From: Promethearchaeota archaeon | GTDB taxonomy: Archaea > Asgardarchaeota > Lokiarchaeia > Sigyniarchaeales > SOKP01 | Direction of reading: 5' to 3' | NCBI GenBank assembly: GCA_048938445.1 | Contig: JBHLME010000031.1 | Location: 1 to 40,163, forward strand | Length of the DNA: 40,163 nt | Shown here: piece by piece, positions 19,327-29,816 of the stretch | Layout: every line of letters begins with the position of its first letter | How positions within the stretch are numbered: position 1 is the first letter of the stretch | Notes under the pieces: model-generated | What the model saw: only the letters and a program-made list of their open reading frames with translations | Databases searched by the model: none | Told to the model about the DNA's origin: nothing | Program-made: the position numbers and the translations under genes

Positions 19327-22300
19327 ATGAAAAGATTTAAAATCATACGATATAAACGAGCATTGATTTTTTCGATATTTACAGCGACTCTTTTATTTAC
19401 AAGCTTGAACTTTAATTCTTTCATTATTAATTCATTAAATGACTACATTAATGATGATAATGAAGATAATATCGAGGATATTCCAGATATCCCATGGATT
19501 AAGATAAAGACTGCTGCCTATGAAACAGGAAGAAGTAATTCTAACACAGGTGCAAATATAAAGATAATTGCACATCAATCTTTAAAAAATGATAGTTATA
19601 ATTTAGCTTTTTCAAACATTAGTCAGTCAAACGATTTTAAAGTACCATGTCCAACCTCATCAAGCTTCAATTCGTCTCTTACAAACTTTACAATAGAAAA
19701 TATTTATGCTCCAAACAAAACCTTAATTCTAGAAGATCAAGGTGTATTTGGAGAGACTATATATTATCAACCTTGTGCAGCGGGATTTAAAGTCTATACA
19801 AAATGTTACTTCGTAAATTTTTCAATAATATTAGAACGTTCTGCTTCTCCAAATAATTTAAGTTCTATTCAAGTAAGATTATTAAGATCTCAATGGACAG
19901 GAAGTCAAAATCGACCAATTACTACTGGAGCAATTACTTTAGTTTCTGGAGTACAAGTAGAAGATCATACTGGTTGGTATTATAATTGGTCTGATTCTTT
20001 TAGTCCACAACTCATTGATCCTGAAAATACAGCAAATAACACATTCTATATTGAAGTGAGTGATACAGGAGATCTTACTGTCCCTCCAGATACTTGTTCT
20101 TGGACATATGAAGCAGATTCTTCAGGAATAGATAGTATGACTCCTTGGAAATTTACTGGTGGTTCATGGCAGGTTCTTCAAGGTCCTGGGAGTATAAATG
20201 TCGATTTAACATGTAGAGTTGATTTAGCTCCTTTAAGTAATACTCCAAAACCTACAGGAATTGAATTAAGAATAAATAATAGTGATGTAAATAATATTAA
20301 TAATGGTTCAGGATATTGGTTAAAGCAAAATCAAAATTTTACTGATGCAGATGGCGAATTAGATTTTAAAATAACATCAGATTGGTGGGACGTTAGTTGT
20401 GATATAACAAAAGTCCAAGTTAACTATACAAAGGTTGATCTCTCAGCAAGTTCTGCTTTTGATATCTCTAGTAGTGGACAACAAGTAAATTGGAACATTA
20501 CGGTAGATGGGATGGGAGTATGGGGTTTCGATGGAGATACAGATGAGTGGAATTACATCAATTTCACGATACCGGATCAGTGGTCGTTAGATGGCGTATA
20601 CAAGGGAGGAACCCCACAGACGTACATGACATTTGGTTCCCCTGGGCCAAATTGGATCATAACAGCCACAGGTGCGGGTAACGGAACGTATTGGTATTTA
20701 AATGCCCACTCAGATAATTTGCTCTTGGATGGGGATCACGGCATCCAGACAAAAGTAGGTTCGGAGGATAATCTTGCTATAGTGAATTATACAAATACTA
20801 TTGACTTGATCGCAAATTTTACGAAGACAATCCAAAATCCCAATGAAGTAAACATGACAATATATGATTCAAGTTTAACTCAGCAGGTCCATTCTGAAGT
20901 AAACAATACTTTTTCGAGTAACAAGATACATGTAGATAGCTGGGAAATATTTAATGATGTTGACGTGGTGAATTATGGAATATATACCATCCAAGCATAT
21001 TGGAACAATGCGACCGATGCGGGTTTCGTGGAAAAAAACATCACGATCATGGCCGATACTGCACTAGAATTAAGTGATCCATCTCTTCCAATCGAAAAAC
21101 ATAGTTATGATCCAGCTTTTAACATTACCGTGTTCTATAACGACACGGGGAGGGGAGGTATTGCAATTGACACGATTAATGTTTCATATTCCGATCCTGA
21201 CTCTTCAGCATCTAACTATGGTACAATGAGTCCTGATCCAATTAATGGAGCAGGATATTATAATTATACCATTAATCCAGCAAATTATGGACCGGGATAT
21301 CATATGATTGAAATTCAAGCGAATAAAACATACTACAATAAGAAAATATTAACAATTACGATTAATATCATGAACTCAACAGCGGTTTATGGCCCTTCAC
21401 GTATATTTTCCATAAAAAATTATGAAAGCGTCATTTACACGTTTAGCTGGAACGACACTGATAATAGTAATAAGGGTATATCAAATAGTTCAGGAACAGT
21501 AAGCATAGGTTCATGGAAAAGCACGCCTTCCACAACGAACTTCATTTATGATTCATGGGAAGTTGGTTCAGGAAATTATACGATCAATATAACAGCATGG
21601 GAAGTTCCTGCGAGCCTTACATATGAAGTCAATTTTACAATTTCACGAAGCGGTTTTGAGCAGGTAGAAGTATCCTTCAGCATCACTATTAACATAATTA
21701 ATACGAATATAACTTTTAGATCAGTTGTTGACGATAACTATAAAAGAAATACGGGTCTAGATTATTCAGCGGAACTTTATATCAACAGGACAGATACAAC
21801 AAAGCATATTGCCGGACTCAATGAAACATATATAGAAGTCACGTATTCGGGAAATCTATGGCCTGATGGTGACGTAGAACTTATTGATGATGGGGATTAT
21901 TATACATTGAATCTAAGCATCAGTAATATCAATTCTGGGAGTTATATTATCATGGTGAATTTCTCATTGGCGGGCGTATATAATTGGAGTATGGTATTAT
22001 TAAACTTGACTCTCATAGGAAACACATCGCATGTTGAAAATTTTACTTTATTGCAAGGATCGACAGTGCTTTCGCCTTCACTTCCAGGAGACTATTATGC
22101 AAGCACTATTGGGCTTACTTTAACTATAAGGCTTAATATATCAGATGAGGATAATAATTGGAATTTAGTGTTCGGTGCAACTCCCTCAATTACGGTGTTT
22201 TATAATTGGACATCTGGTGGTGGTCAAACTGGTACATTATCTTCAACGCTCTATTCATCTGATGGTTCAGGTTATTCTGGAACAATAAACATGGACACGC

Positions 22301-23790
22301 TACCTGGAACGGGTAATTATACGATAACAATTATCATAAGTACTACAAATTTTGAGAACGCCATTTATGAATTTAAAATTAGCATGAGTTCAGGGGGAAC
22401 TGATGGGAATCCTTTTTGGCTTGTAATTTTATTAATATTTGCACTTATTGGGATTGTCGGAACAATATCTATTTATGGAGGATATAGAAAGATTGTCGTT
22501 CCTAAAAAAATTGCGAAAAGGAAAGTTTTAACTGAGGTTGAATCCGTTTTTGATGATGCGGTCAACTTGGAACATGTTTTAGTTCTATATAAAAACACGG
22601 GAATGTGCGTGTTCTTTAAATCGTTTGGTTTGGAAGAAATCGATCCCGAATTGATAAGTGGATTTCTCTCAGCTGTATCCTCTTTTGGAAAGGAAATGGA
22701 GTCCACTCAAGCATTAAACGAGATTCGTTATGGTGACAAGCAAATACTCTTATCCGATGGAGAATATATCAGGGTTGCCTTAGTTTTGGGTAAAAAACCT
22801 TCTGTAGTCACGAGACAACATCTTTCGGAATTCATCAAATCTTTCGAAAAATACTTCTCAAAAGCATTACCTGATTGGCGAGGAAATTTAAAAGTATTTC
22901 AGGGTGCGGGAAAGCTCATAGACAGTATATTAAACACGTCTATCATATTACCTCATGAAATCAAGTTCAGTCTAAAAGTCGCAAAATCCTTGAAAAAACC
23001 TAATTCGAAAGAAGTTCTTAAAATTGCTCAAAATCTAGTCAAGGACTCTGAAAGGCAATATTTCTTTATTGGACAATTATTGACTCTTGCTGTCGAAAAA
23101 CTTGGTAAGGAAAAGGCAGAAGTTTTTATTGGAATTAAGGAATTAAGAGATAGTGGACTCTTGGCGCCAATTGAAATTACGGCTATAGAAGCCCCTCCAA
23201 TCTCCCAGCAGGAACTCGATCTTATCGGACAAAGAGTAAACAAGTTTACAACTTTATCTAATGATGAGAAACAAAGACTCATGAGTGATATTGCCGCTAT
23301 TAGTAACCCTATTGAGCGTGAAGCATATATTACAAGTTTAGCTGAACACCATGAGATTGTTTCTGGTCCAGCTGATTCAACACGTAAAGTTCTTGAGGTT
23401 AAAGATGAGAAATCTGCCAAGAAAGAGATTGCAAAGTTAATAAAAAAGGGACAAAGTGCAAAGAAGAGTAAAAATTACAAAGATTCAATTCAAATCTTAA
23501 AAGATGCTGCTGAAATTGCTACTAATTTTGAGCTTCAAAAAATTCATGATGAAATTAATGATGAGATTCGCCTGATTTCAATATTAGATTTAGAAATTAA
23601 AAAGAAAAATTTCGAAGAACAAGCAAAAAAGGCAATAAAAACGGTAAAATACAAAGATGCTGCTCAATTTTATAAGTTAGCTTCTGATACCGCATCAAAA
23701 ATCTTCAAGTTAGGTCGAACGGATGCCATGAAGGAAGTAAAGAGACTAACGAATAAATCTAAGGAATATGAAAAATTAGCAGAGAAATAA
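19327..23790 (+). CDS. Large cell-surface glycoprotein with one C-proximal TM and cytoplasmic longin-like + helical domains
   Basis: N-terminal signal/anchor, ~1000 aa of S/T/N-rich beta region with many N-x-S/T sequons, TM at about aa 1030-1053, then HVLVLYKNTGMCVF...DPELISGFLSAVSSFGKE and a charged helical C-terminus. Confidence 0.85.
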   Translation: MKRFKIIRYKRALIFSIFTATLLFTSLNFNSFIINSLNDYINDDNEDNIEDIPDIPWIKIKTAAYETGRSNSNTGANIKIIAHQSLKNDSYNLAFSNISQSNDFKVPCPTSSSFNSSLTNFTIENIYAPNKTLILEDQGVFGETIYYQPCAAGFKVYTKCYFVNFSIILERSASPNNLSSIQVRLLRSQWTGSQNRPITTGAITLVSGVQVEDHTGWYYNWSDSFSPQLIDPENTANNTFYIEVSDTGDLTVPPDTCSWTYEADSSGIDSMTPWKFTGGSWQVLQGPGSINVDLTCRVDLAPLSNTPKPTGIELRINNSDVNNINNGSGYWLKQNQNFTDADGELDFKITSDWWDVSCDITKVQVNYTKVDLSASSAFDISSSGQQVNWNITVDGMGVWGFDGDTDEWNYINFTIPDQWSLDGVYKGGTPQTYMTFGSPGPNWIITATGAGNGTYWYLNAHSDNLLLDGDHGIQTKVGSEDNLAIVNYTNTIDLIANFTKTIQNPNEVNMTIYDSSLTQQVHSEVNNTFSSNKIHVDSWEIFNDVDVVNYGIYTIQAYWNNATDAGFVEKNITIMADTALELSDPSLPIEKHSYDPAFNITVFYNDTGRGGIAIDTINVSYSDPDSSASNYGTMSPDPINGAGYYNYTINPANYGPGYHMIEIQANKTYYNKKILTITINIMNSTAVYGPSRIFSIKNYESVIYTFSWNDTDNSNKGISNSSGTVSIGSWKSTPSTTNFIYDSWEVGSGNYTINITAWEVPASLTYEVNFTISRSGFEQVEVSFSITINIINTNITFRSVVDDNYKRNTGLDYSAELYINRTDTTKHIAGLNETYIEVTYSGNLWPDGDVELIDDGDYYTLNLSISNINSGSYIIMVNFSLAGVYNWSMVLLNLTLIGNTSHVENFTLLQGSTVLSPSLPGDYYASTIGLTLTIRLNISDEDNNWNLVFGATPSITVFYNWTSGGGQTGTLSSTLYSSDGSGYSGTINMDTLPGTGNYTITIIISTTNFENAIYEFKISMSSGGTDGNPFWLVILLIFALIGIVGTISIYGGYRKIVVPKKIAKRKVLTEVESVFDDAVNLEHVLVLYKNTGMCVFFKSFGLEEIDPELISGFLSAVSSFGKEMESTQALNEIRYGDKQILLSDGEYIRVALVLGKKPSVVTRQHLSEFIKSFEKYFSKALPDWRGNLKVFQGAGKLIDSILNTSIILPHEIKFSLKVAKSLKKPNSKEVLKIAQNLVKDSERQYFFIGQLLTLAVEKLGKEKAEVFIGIKELRDSGLLAPIEITAIEAPPISQQELDLIGQRVNKFTTLSNDEKQRLMSDIAAISNPIEREAYITSLAEHHEIVSGPADSTRKVLEVKDEKSAKKEIAKLIKKGQSAKKSKNYKDSIQILKDAAEIATNFELQKIHDEINDEIRLISILDLEIKKKNFEEQAKKAIKTVKYKDAAQFYKLASDTASKIFKLGRTDAMKEVKRLTNKSKEYEKLAEK

Positions 23791-24130
23791 TTGATTTTTT
23801 TATATTTTTTTTTTTTTAATTTATTAGTTAATAATTAATTACATTATTTGGATTATATTATTCTATATTAATAACTAAAAGGATTTAATTAGTATAAATT
23901 AATAATGTTTTTAAAATTGATATCTATGTTTCTCTAATAATACAGAATTTCAAATTCTAAAATAATAATCCTTTCATATCAATTTTTATTATAAAAGCAA
24001 AACAAATAAATGTATAAAAACAAAAAACATTTTAGTGGATAATATACTAAAATTTTATATTAGAAAACGATCATAATAAATCTATACACGTAATAAAAAA
24101 CAATTAAATAATGAAATAAACTTAACATCA

Positions 24131-24496
24131 ATGTCAGACGAGCAACTTTTATTCTTACTACAAAATATCATGGATAATGTTGATGGAGTTCGATCAGCTG
24201 CAATTGTTTCGATGGAAGGCCTTATTGTCCAAGCAATCTTAGAAGAAGGTATTTCGGACATAAAATTGGCAGCAATGACGGCTACCATTCTCTCAGTGGC
24301 AGAAAGAGTTTTGGTTGAATTAAAATCTGGAGTGCTTGATGTTTGCATCCTGCAAGGTGATGAGGGTAATTTTGCCGTGATGGAGGCGGGAAATGAATTA
24401 ATTGTTGCTGTATGTTTGGATATAGATGCTCGAATGGATACTGCTTTTATTGAAATGAGAAAAGTGTCTGAACAGATTAAAGCTTTACAAGGATAA
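24131..24496 (+). CDS. Roadblock/LC7 (MglB/LAMTOR2-like) protein
   Basis: GVRSAAIVSMEGLIV, LAAMTATILSVAERVLVEL; typical 121-aa size. Confidence 0.92.
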   Translation: MSDEQLLFLLQNIMDNVDGVRSAAIVSMEGLIVQAILEEGISDIKLAAMTATILSVAERVLVELKSGVLDVCILQGDEGNFAVMEAGNELIVAVCLDIDARMDTAFIEMRKVSEQIKALQG

Positions 24497-24628
24497 GTAA
24501 TATTTTACATCATTCTTCTTTTTACTAATTTTGAATTTTTTCCATGCTTAATTCAAGTAGTAAAATCTATTAATTTATCTTAATTTGTATATTTATATAT
24601 TAGATTTGATAATTAAATTAATTGTAAG

Positions 24629-26068
24629 TTGATTCAGCTGGTAGATAAAAAGCAAAACTTAGTAGTAATGAAGTTCGGTGGTTCATGCTTACAAGACGCA
24701 AAATCTTTTGAGCAAACAACTAAAAACATCAATTTATATATTGATGATAATATAATCATTTTTGTTGCTTCAGCTATAAAAGGAATAACAGATAAATTAA
24801 TAGATTTTTATATAAGATCTTGTGAAGAAGCTCCTGAATGTGAAAACATACTGGAAGATCTCTTAATTACTCATCAGAGCGTGATAAATGATATTATTGA
24901 TGAAAATAAACCCGAATATAAAAACGCAATGGATTTCTTACAGGCTAATATTGCTGAATTGACTCAATTGGGTAGAGTGATTGGATTAATTAGACCAAGC
25001 ACGGACATTCAGGATTTGATCGTCTCTTATGGTGAAAAGTTGAGTACATACATCGTACATCAGTACTTAAAATCAATTGGTTATAAATCAGAATTTGTGT
25101 CTTCAGATGAGATCATACGAACTGATGATAATTTTGGAAATGCCCTTCCTATATTAGAGGAAACTGAGATTTTGGTAAATAATAGAATTGGCCCTATTTT
25201 AGAATCTGAAGAGGATTTTATTGTTTGTGTCACTGGATTTTATGGATCTACGGTGGATAAAAAAATCACGACACTTGGGAGAGGTGGTACGGATTTAACG
25301 GCGGCGATCATGGCCTATTCGTTCCAACCTAAATATAATTGCAAAGTAATTTACTGGAAAGATGTTAATGGATTTTTAAACGCAGATCCAAGAATCACTA
25401 ATAAAGCTTCTTTATTGAAACAAATATCATATATCGAAGCAAAAGAACTAGCATTTTTTGGCTCTAAAGTGCTCCATCCCGTATGTCTTGATGTCAATGA
25501 AAAAAGAGAAATTCCGTCCGAAATAAGACCATTTGAAGCCCCAGAATCTCCTGAATTTACAGTTATAACAAAGGACATCCAAAAGGATGATAAAATTATT
25601 AAAGCTATAACCTCAATACAAAAAATTTCCATGGCCACCATAACGAGCGGTACGATGGTATCCTTACCAGGAACCGTATCAAAGTTATTCTCATTACTAG
25701 GAAATAATAATATAAATATTATATTCATTTCTCAAAGTTCTTCGGAAAATAACATAACCTTTGGCATAAATTATGATGAGGCAATGAAGGTTAGTTTTCT
25801 ATTGAGAAATTCTGAATTTTTTGGTAAACAGTGGTTTAATATCAAAATTGATCATGACATTTCTTTGATCGCAGTTGTAGGTGGTGGAATGCTTCACACT
25901 CCTGGAGTTGCAGGAAAGATATTTTCAACGCTCGGAGATAATAACATTAACGTAAAAGCAATCGCTCAAGGCTCTTCTGAATTAAACATTACAATCATTA
26001 TAGAAAGAGAAGATTGTAAAAAAGCCGTTAATGTACTTTATGATGCTTTTATTAATAACCAACAATAA
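24629..26068 (+). CDS. lysC: Aspartate kinase with two ACT domains
   Basis: VMKFGGS, SYGEKLS, TTLGRGGTD, ADPR, FGSKVLHP, SQSSSE and AQGSSE ACT motifs. Confidence 0.95.
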   Translation: MIQLVDKKQNLVVMKFGGSCLQDAKSFEQTTKNINLYIDDNIIIFVASAIKGITDKLIDFYIRSCEEAPECENILEDLLITHQSVINDIIDENKPEYKNAMDFLQANIAELTQLGRVIGLIRPSTDIQDLIVSYGEKLSTYIVHQYLKSIGYKSEFVSSDEIIRTDDNFGNALPILEETEILVNNRIGPILESEEDFIVCVTGFYGSTVDKKITTLGRGGTDLTAAIMAYSFQPKYNCKVIYWKDVNGFLNADPRITNKASLLKQISYIEAKELAFFGSKVLHPVCLDVNEKREIPSEIRPFEAPESPEFTVITKDIQKDDKIIKAITSIQKISMATITSGTMVSLPGTVSKLFSLLGNNNINIIFISQSSSENNITFGINYDEAMKVSFLLRNSEFFGKQWFNIKIDHDISLIAVVGGGMLHTPGVAGKIFSTLGDNNINVKAIAQGSSELNITIIIEREDCKKAVNVLYDAFINNQQ

Positions 26069-26140
26069 AAGTAAAAATCATTTTATCTTTTTCTTTTTTA
26101 AACGTATTTCCTAAAATAATTTAATAGATAGTTAAATAAT

Positions 26141-27376
26141 TCAAAAGAAGGTTTTAAAGATATCACCTGATTTTAAATTTCTTATGCTCTCTCTTTCTTC
26201 AGGCTGAAGCTTATTCTTAAGAGCCTCATTACATATTTTTTTACCTATATTTACTTTAGGATTACTTGCCCAGTTTACATCAAGCATCAAGCAAATATAA
26301 TAAATAGTTGATAGAATGAAACTTATAACGATTCCAATATTAAATTCGTCAGCAGAATGAACAGTAATTTTCATAGAAGGCACCCCTTGTTCAATTAAGG
26401 CTTGTAATGTTGCATCTGCTTGATAATTTACAATTGTCTGAGCTGTATTTCCTTGAACGTAGTCGATAGATGAATCTAAAATTTGATCATTTGTTTCATT
26501 TTGAATAGTCCAAATCATGGGGATGACAATTCCCTTGGTTCCTCCTAATAGGTATTCCAATACAGAATGTTGACATAATGGTGCAGATTGATATGCGCCT
26601 ATGAGCCCTCTTTCATCTTTTCCAGTGCTTTCAGAGATACCTTGGACGAGTAAACCTATACTTCCCTCTAAATTCTCAGAATAAGGCATTGAAAATACAA
26701 CTTTATATCCTTTAATATATAAATTATAGATTAAAGATGCTAATTCCATTGCAGGATCTTGTTTAAAAGTCATAAATTGACTATAACCCTCTTTCAAACC
26801 AGATAAAAAATTCTCTGTATTAATTCCAGCAATATAAGCAGGAACAATTCCTACATTTGAAATGGATCCCGCAAATCGTCCTGAAAGATCAGGTACATCT
26901 AAAATGGGACATCCAATTTCTTTCAAAATCTCGTTCATTACTCCCTTCGTGGATATTCCTAAGAATTTATATCCTTTTTTTTTAAAAATTCCAATTGTTG
27001 AATTTACATCTAGAGTTTCACCACCTCTAGAAATAGGAATCACTACTGAATTCTCATTATTAGTTTCTTTCAAACATCGATTCAATTCAACTGCTCTTGA
27101 ACTCGTGATTGGATATATTTTTTTCTTTGATAAGTGTTGTAATGCCAATAATGTTTGAATAGAACCCCCTGTTCCTAATACAATAATATTTTCAATCTTG
27201 TCATTTAAGAATTCTTGAGAAGCACTTTTTATTTCTTCCATATTAATATATGTTTTCGTGTCAATAAAAAATGGAACATCCCAGTTTTCCTTGTTATCAC
27301 TAACGAGTTTTATGGAATCATTTAATATTTTATTATTAAGTCTTGGATGATATTCCAATATTAATCTTGATGTCAA
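26141..27376 (-). CDS. Glucose-6-phosphate isomerase family (SIS) protein, divergent
   Basis: VLGTGGS, ISRGGETL, SGRF, ESTGK, QHS, PKVNIGK parallel the PGI motifs. Confidence 0.75.
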   Translation of the reverse strand: MTSRLILEYHPRLNNKILNDSIKLVSDNKENWDVPFFIDTKTYINMEEIKSASQEFLNDKIENIIVLGTGGSIQTLLALQHLSKKKIYPITSSRAVELNRCLKETNNENSVVIPISRGGETLDVNSTIGIFKKKGYKFLGISTKGVMNEILKEIGCPILDVPDLSGRFAGSISNVGIVPAYIAGINTENFLSGLKEGYSQFMTFKQDPAMELASLIYNLYIKGYKVVFSMPYSENLEGSIGLLVQGISESTGKDERGLIGAYQSAPLCQHSVLEYLLGGTKGIVIPMIWTIQNETNDQILDSSIDYVQGNTAQTIVNYQADATLQALIEQGVPSMKITVHSADEFNIGIVISFILSTIYYICLMLDVNWASNPKVNIGKKICNEALKNKLQPEERESIRNLKSGDIFKTFF

Positions 27377-27485
27377 TTATTATTCACCAAATACTTCTAA
27401 AATTAATTAAATTACAAATAACAAAATTAGAAATATAAAAATTATCATTTAAAGAAATAAAAAATTTAACAAAAAAAAAAAGAAA

Positions 27486-28745
27486 TTACCCTTCTTTAAT
27501 ACCTTCTTCTGTGATGCTAAATATAGCTTCTCCTTCGGGTAAGTTAGGAGCATCAACAATTTTAGCTACTCTTTGAACACCTTTCCCTTTCCTAAGATAC
27601 ACTCTTATTGTAGAGCCATGTGCTACTACGTTTCCTCCTGCCGCCTGGAGAGGGTTTCCATAGAACACGTCAGGTTTTGACTGAACTTGGTTTGTCACGA
27701 CAATAGCTAGATCTGAATGGATGTCTGCTAATCTTAATAAATCATGGATGTGTTGATTAATTGTTTGTTGTCGGTTAGCGAGCGTCCCTCGTCCAATATA
27801 TTCACTCCTAAAGTGTCCAATTAATGAATCTAAAATGATTATTTTTATATTTCTTTCTTTAATTAAATTAGCTGCTTCTTTAATTAAAAGTATTTGATGA
27901 TCAGAATTATAAGCACGCCCAAAAATAATATTTTTGAGAACCTTTTTTGTATCTAAATCTAATGCTTCTGCCATTTGAATAATTCTTTCAGGTCTAAACG
28001 TGCCCTCAGTATCTATATATAAAGCACACCCCTCAAGGCCCCCATCTTCTTTTGGTAATTGAACATTTACACATAACTGATGCATTATTTGGGTTTTACC
28101 AGTTCGGAACTCTCCAAAAAATTCAATGATACTTCCTGTCTCGAGGCCTCCACCAAATAATTCATCTAATTCGGGGCTTCCTGTAGTTATACGAGCTATG
28201 TTTTTTCTATGCTCCCAAACATCTTCAGCAGATTTAAAACCTATGTTAAGTTGCTCCATTGATGCTTTAATGAGTTTAGCAGTAGTTTTTTCACCTAAAC
28301 CACTCTCATCTATGATGATACTTGGAGGAGTATAAGCAATTGCTTCAAGACTATCAAATCCAGCTTTAATTAATTTATTTAAAGTTGCTTCACCTACACC
28401 TGGTAAACTTTTTACCGCTTGTATGCATGCATCCTTATCATTAAATGAGATATTATCATCTATTATCTCCTCTTTGTCAGTTTCTTCTTCTAATTCCTCG
28501 AAAGCCTCTAGTAATTCTTCTTCATCATCATAGTCGCTTTCTTCTAATTCCATATTCCCAGCTTCCATTGTATCATCATTTATATCATTATCAATATCAT
28601 TTAATTCCTGATTATCCACTTTAAGTGCATACTTCAAATGATCTTTATAGATTTTTCCCTTGGTATGGTTTCTTTTACATTCGGGACAATAATATTCTTC
28701 CCCTTCTACAAATCCATTATTTTCAACTTCAATAGCTTTGGCCAA
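27486..28745 (-). CDS. radA: DNA repair/recombination protein RadA with N-terminal extension
   Basis: HhH LPGVG, polymerisation motif GFKSA, Walker [37 protein letters not shown]. Confidence 0.95.
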   Translation of the reverse strand: MAKAIEVENNGFVEGEEYYCPECKRNHTKGKIYKDHLKYALKVDNQELNDIDNDINDDTMEAGNMELEESDYDDEEELLEAFEELEEETDKEEIIDDNISFNDKDACIQAVKSLPGVGEATLNKLIKAGFDSLEAIAYTPPSIIIDESGLGEKTTAKLIKASMEQLNIGFKSAEDVWEHRKNIARITTGSPELDELFGGGLETGSIIEFFGEFRTGKTQIMHQLCVNVQLPKEDGGLEGCALYIDTEGTFRPERIIQMAEALDLDTKKVLKNIIFGRAYNSDHQILLIKEAANLIKERNIKIIILDSLIGHFRSEYIGRGTLANRQQTINQHIHDLLRLADIHSDLAIVVTNQVQSKPDVFYGNPLQAAGGNVVAHGSTIRVYLRKGKGVQRVAKIVDAPNLPEGEAIFSITEEGIKEG

Positions 28746-29015
28746 AATAAATCACGTTTGATATACATTATTAGTGTATTTTTTAAACTTCAATTTATAT
28801 TATGATAATAAAGAAAACTTACTTATTTTAAAGAAAATAGAGTAGCGAATTTTTGATTTGATAACCACTTAATAATAGTAAATATTATTTAATTTTTTTA
28901 AACATTTTTTTTCTCTTTTCTAATATTTTTTTTAAAAATGTAAATAATAGCTTAATGTATATAAATTTAGACAAAAAGATTTTATTAAAAAAAAAAATAT
29001 ATAGAAATTTTTAGA

Positions 29016-29582
29016 CTATTTTACTTCTATTGTTTTCTTTTCTGGTTGTGGGGGTTCTACTTTTGGAATTTTTATTTTTAATATTCCTTTTTCAAGGTTG
29101 GCTTCGATATTACCATCATCAATGTTTTCTGGTAAGTTGAATGCTCTGTAATAACTAGAAGAGTGATATTCTCTCCTTACTAATTGTCCTTCTTTCTCTT
29201 CCTTTGTTTCTTCCTTGTGTTCTCCCTTAATTTCTAGTCTATCTTCTTGAATGGTAAGTTCAATATCACCTTTTTCCAATCCCGGTAATTCAGCAGAAAT
29301 ATCAAAATATTTTTCGGATTCACTAATGTTGGCTAATGGTGTTCTAAAGATTGGTTCATCTTCGCGAATTACGAGATTCAATGGCCTGTATCTCCTACGA
29401 CTAAAAGGCCATGTATCATCAAAGAATGTGCTTTGCAGGTCATTAAACAGCTTATCCATTTCTTGAAATAGCGAAAATGGATTCTCACGGCGAACGGTCA
29501 ACTCTCTTGATTTTTTATCTTCTTTCTTTTCTTTATCAGTTTTTTCTTTCTTTTTTACTTCTATTTTTTCTTTTTCAGACAT
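29016..29582 (-). CDS. hsp20: Small heat shock protein Hsp20
   Basis: AELPG, YRAFNLP, ANLEKGILKIKIPK, terminal IEV. ATG at 29582 is preferred over the track GTG because that GTG lies within the SD GAGGTG. Confidence 0.95.
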   Translation of the reverse strand: MSEKEKIEVKKKEKTDKEKKEDKKSRELTVRRENPFSLFQEMDKLFNDLQSTFFDDTWPFSRRRYRPLNLVIREDEPIFRTPLANISESEKYFDISAELPGLEKGDIELTIQEDRLEIKGEHKEETKEEKEGQLVRREYHSSSYYRAFNLPENIDDGNIEANLEKGILKIKIPKVEPPQPEKKTIEVK

Positions 29583-29626
29583 TAATAGCACCTCTTAATC
29601 ATATTATTTAAATAGTCAATTTAAAT

Positions 29627-29647
29627 ATGTCAAGATAAACTTGACAT
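29627..29647. promoter_or_regulatory. Inverted repeat upstream of hsp20, candidate repressor operator
   Basis: ATGTCAAG-ATAAA-CTTGACAT, perfect 8-bp arms, 45 nt upstream of the start. Confidence 0.55.
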
Positions 29648-29816
29648 TATTTGATTAAATATATTTAATTTTCATATTTAAAGGTTTTGATTTTTTCTAT
29701 ATTAATTATTGGATGTATGAGTTATGAAGATGTATATTTTGAGGGGTATATTTAAAGAAGTCTAAATCATAAAAGAAGGGTATTATCAAAATATCAAAAG
29801 AGAAATAAGAATTTTA

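Noticed and set aside
23791-24130. Long AT-rich intergenic regions (also 1-352 and 28746-29015) as possible ncRNA, CRISPR or origin
   Set aside because: No spaced repeats, cloverleaf or ORB-like GC motif seen; poly-T at about 23805-23817 fits an ordinary archaeal terminator.
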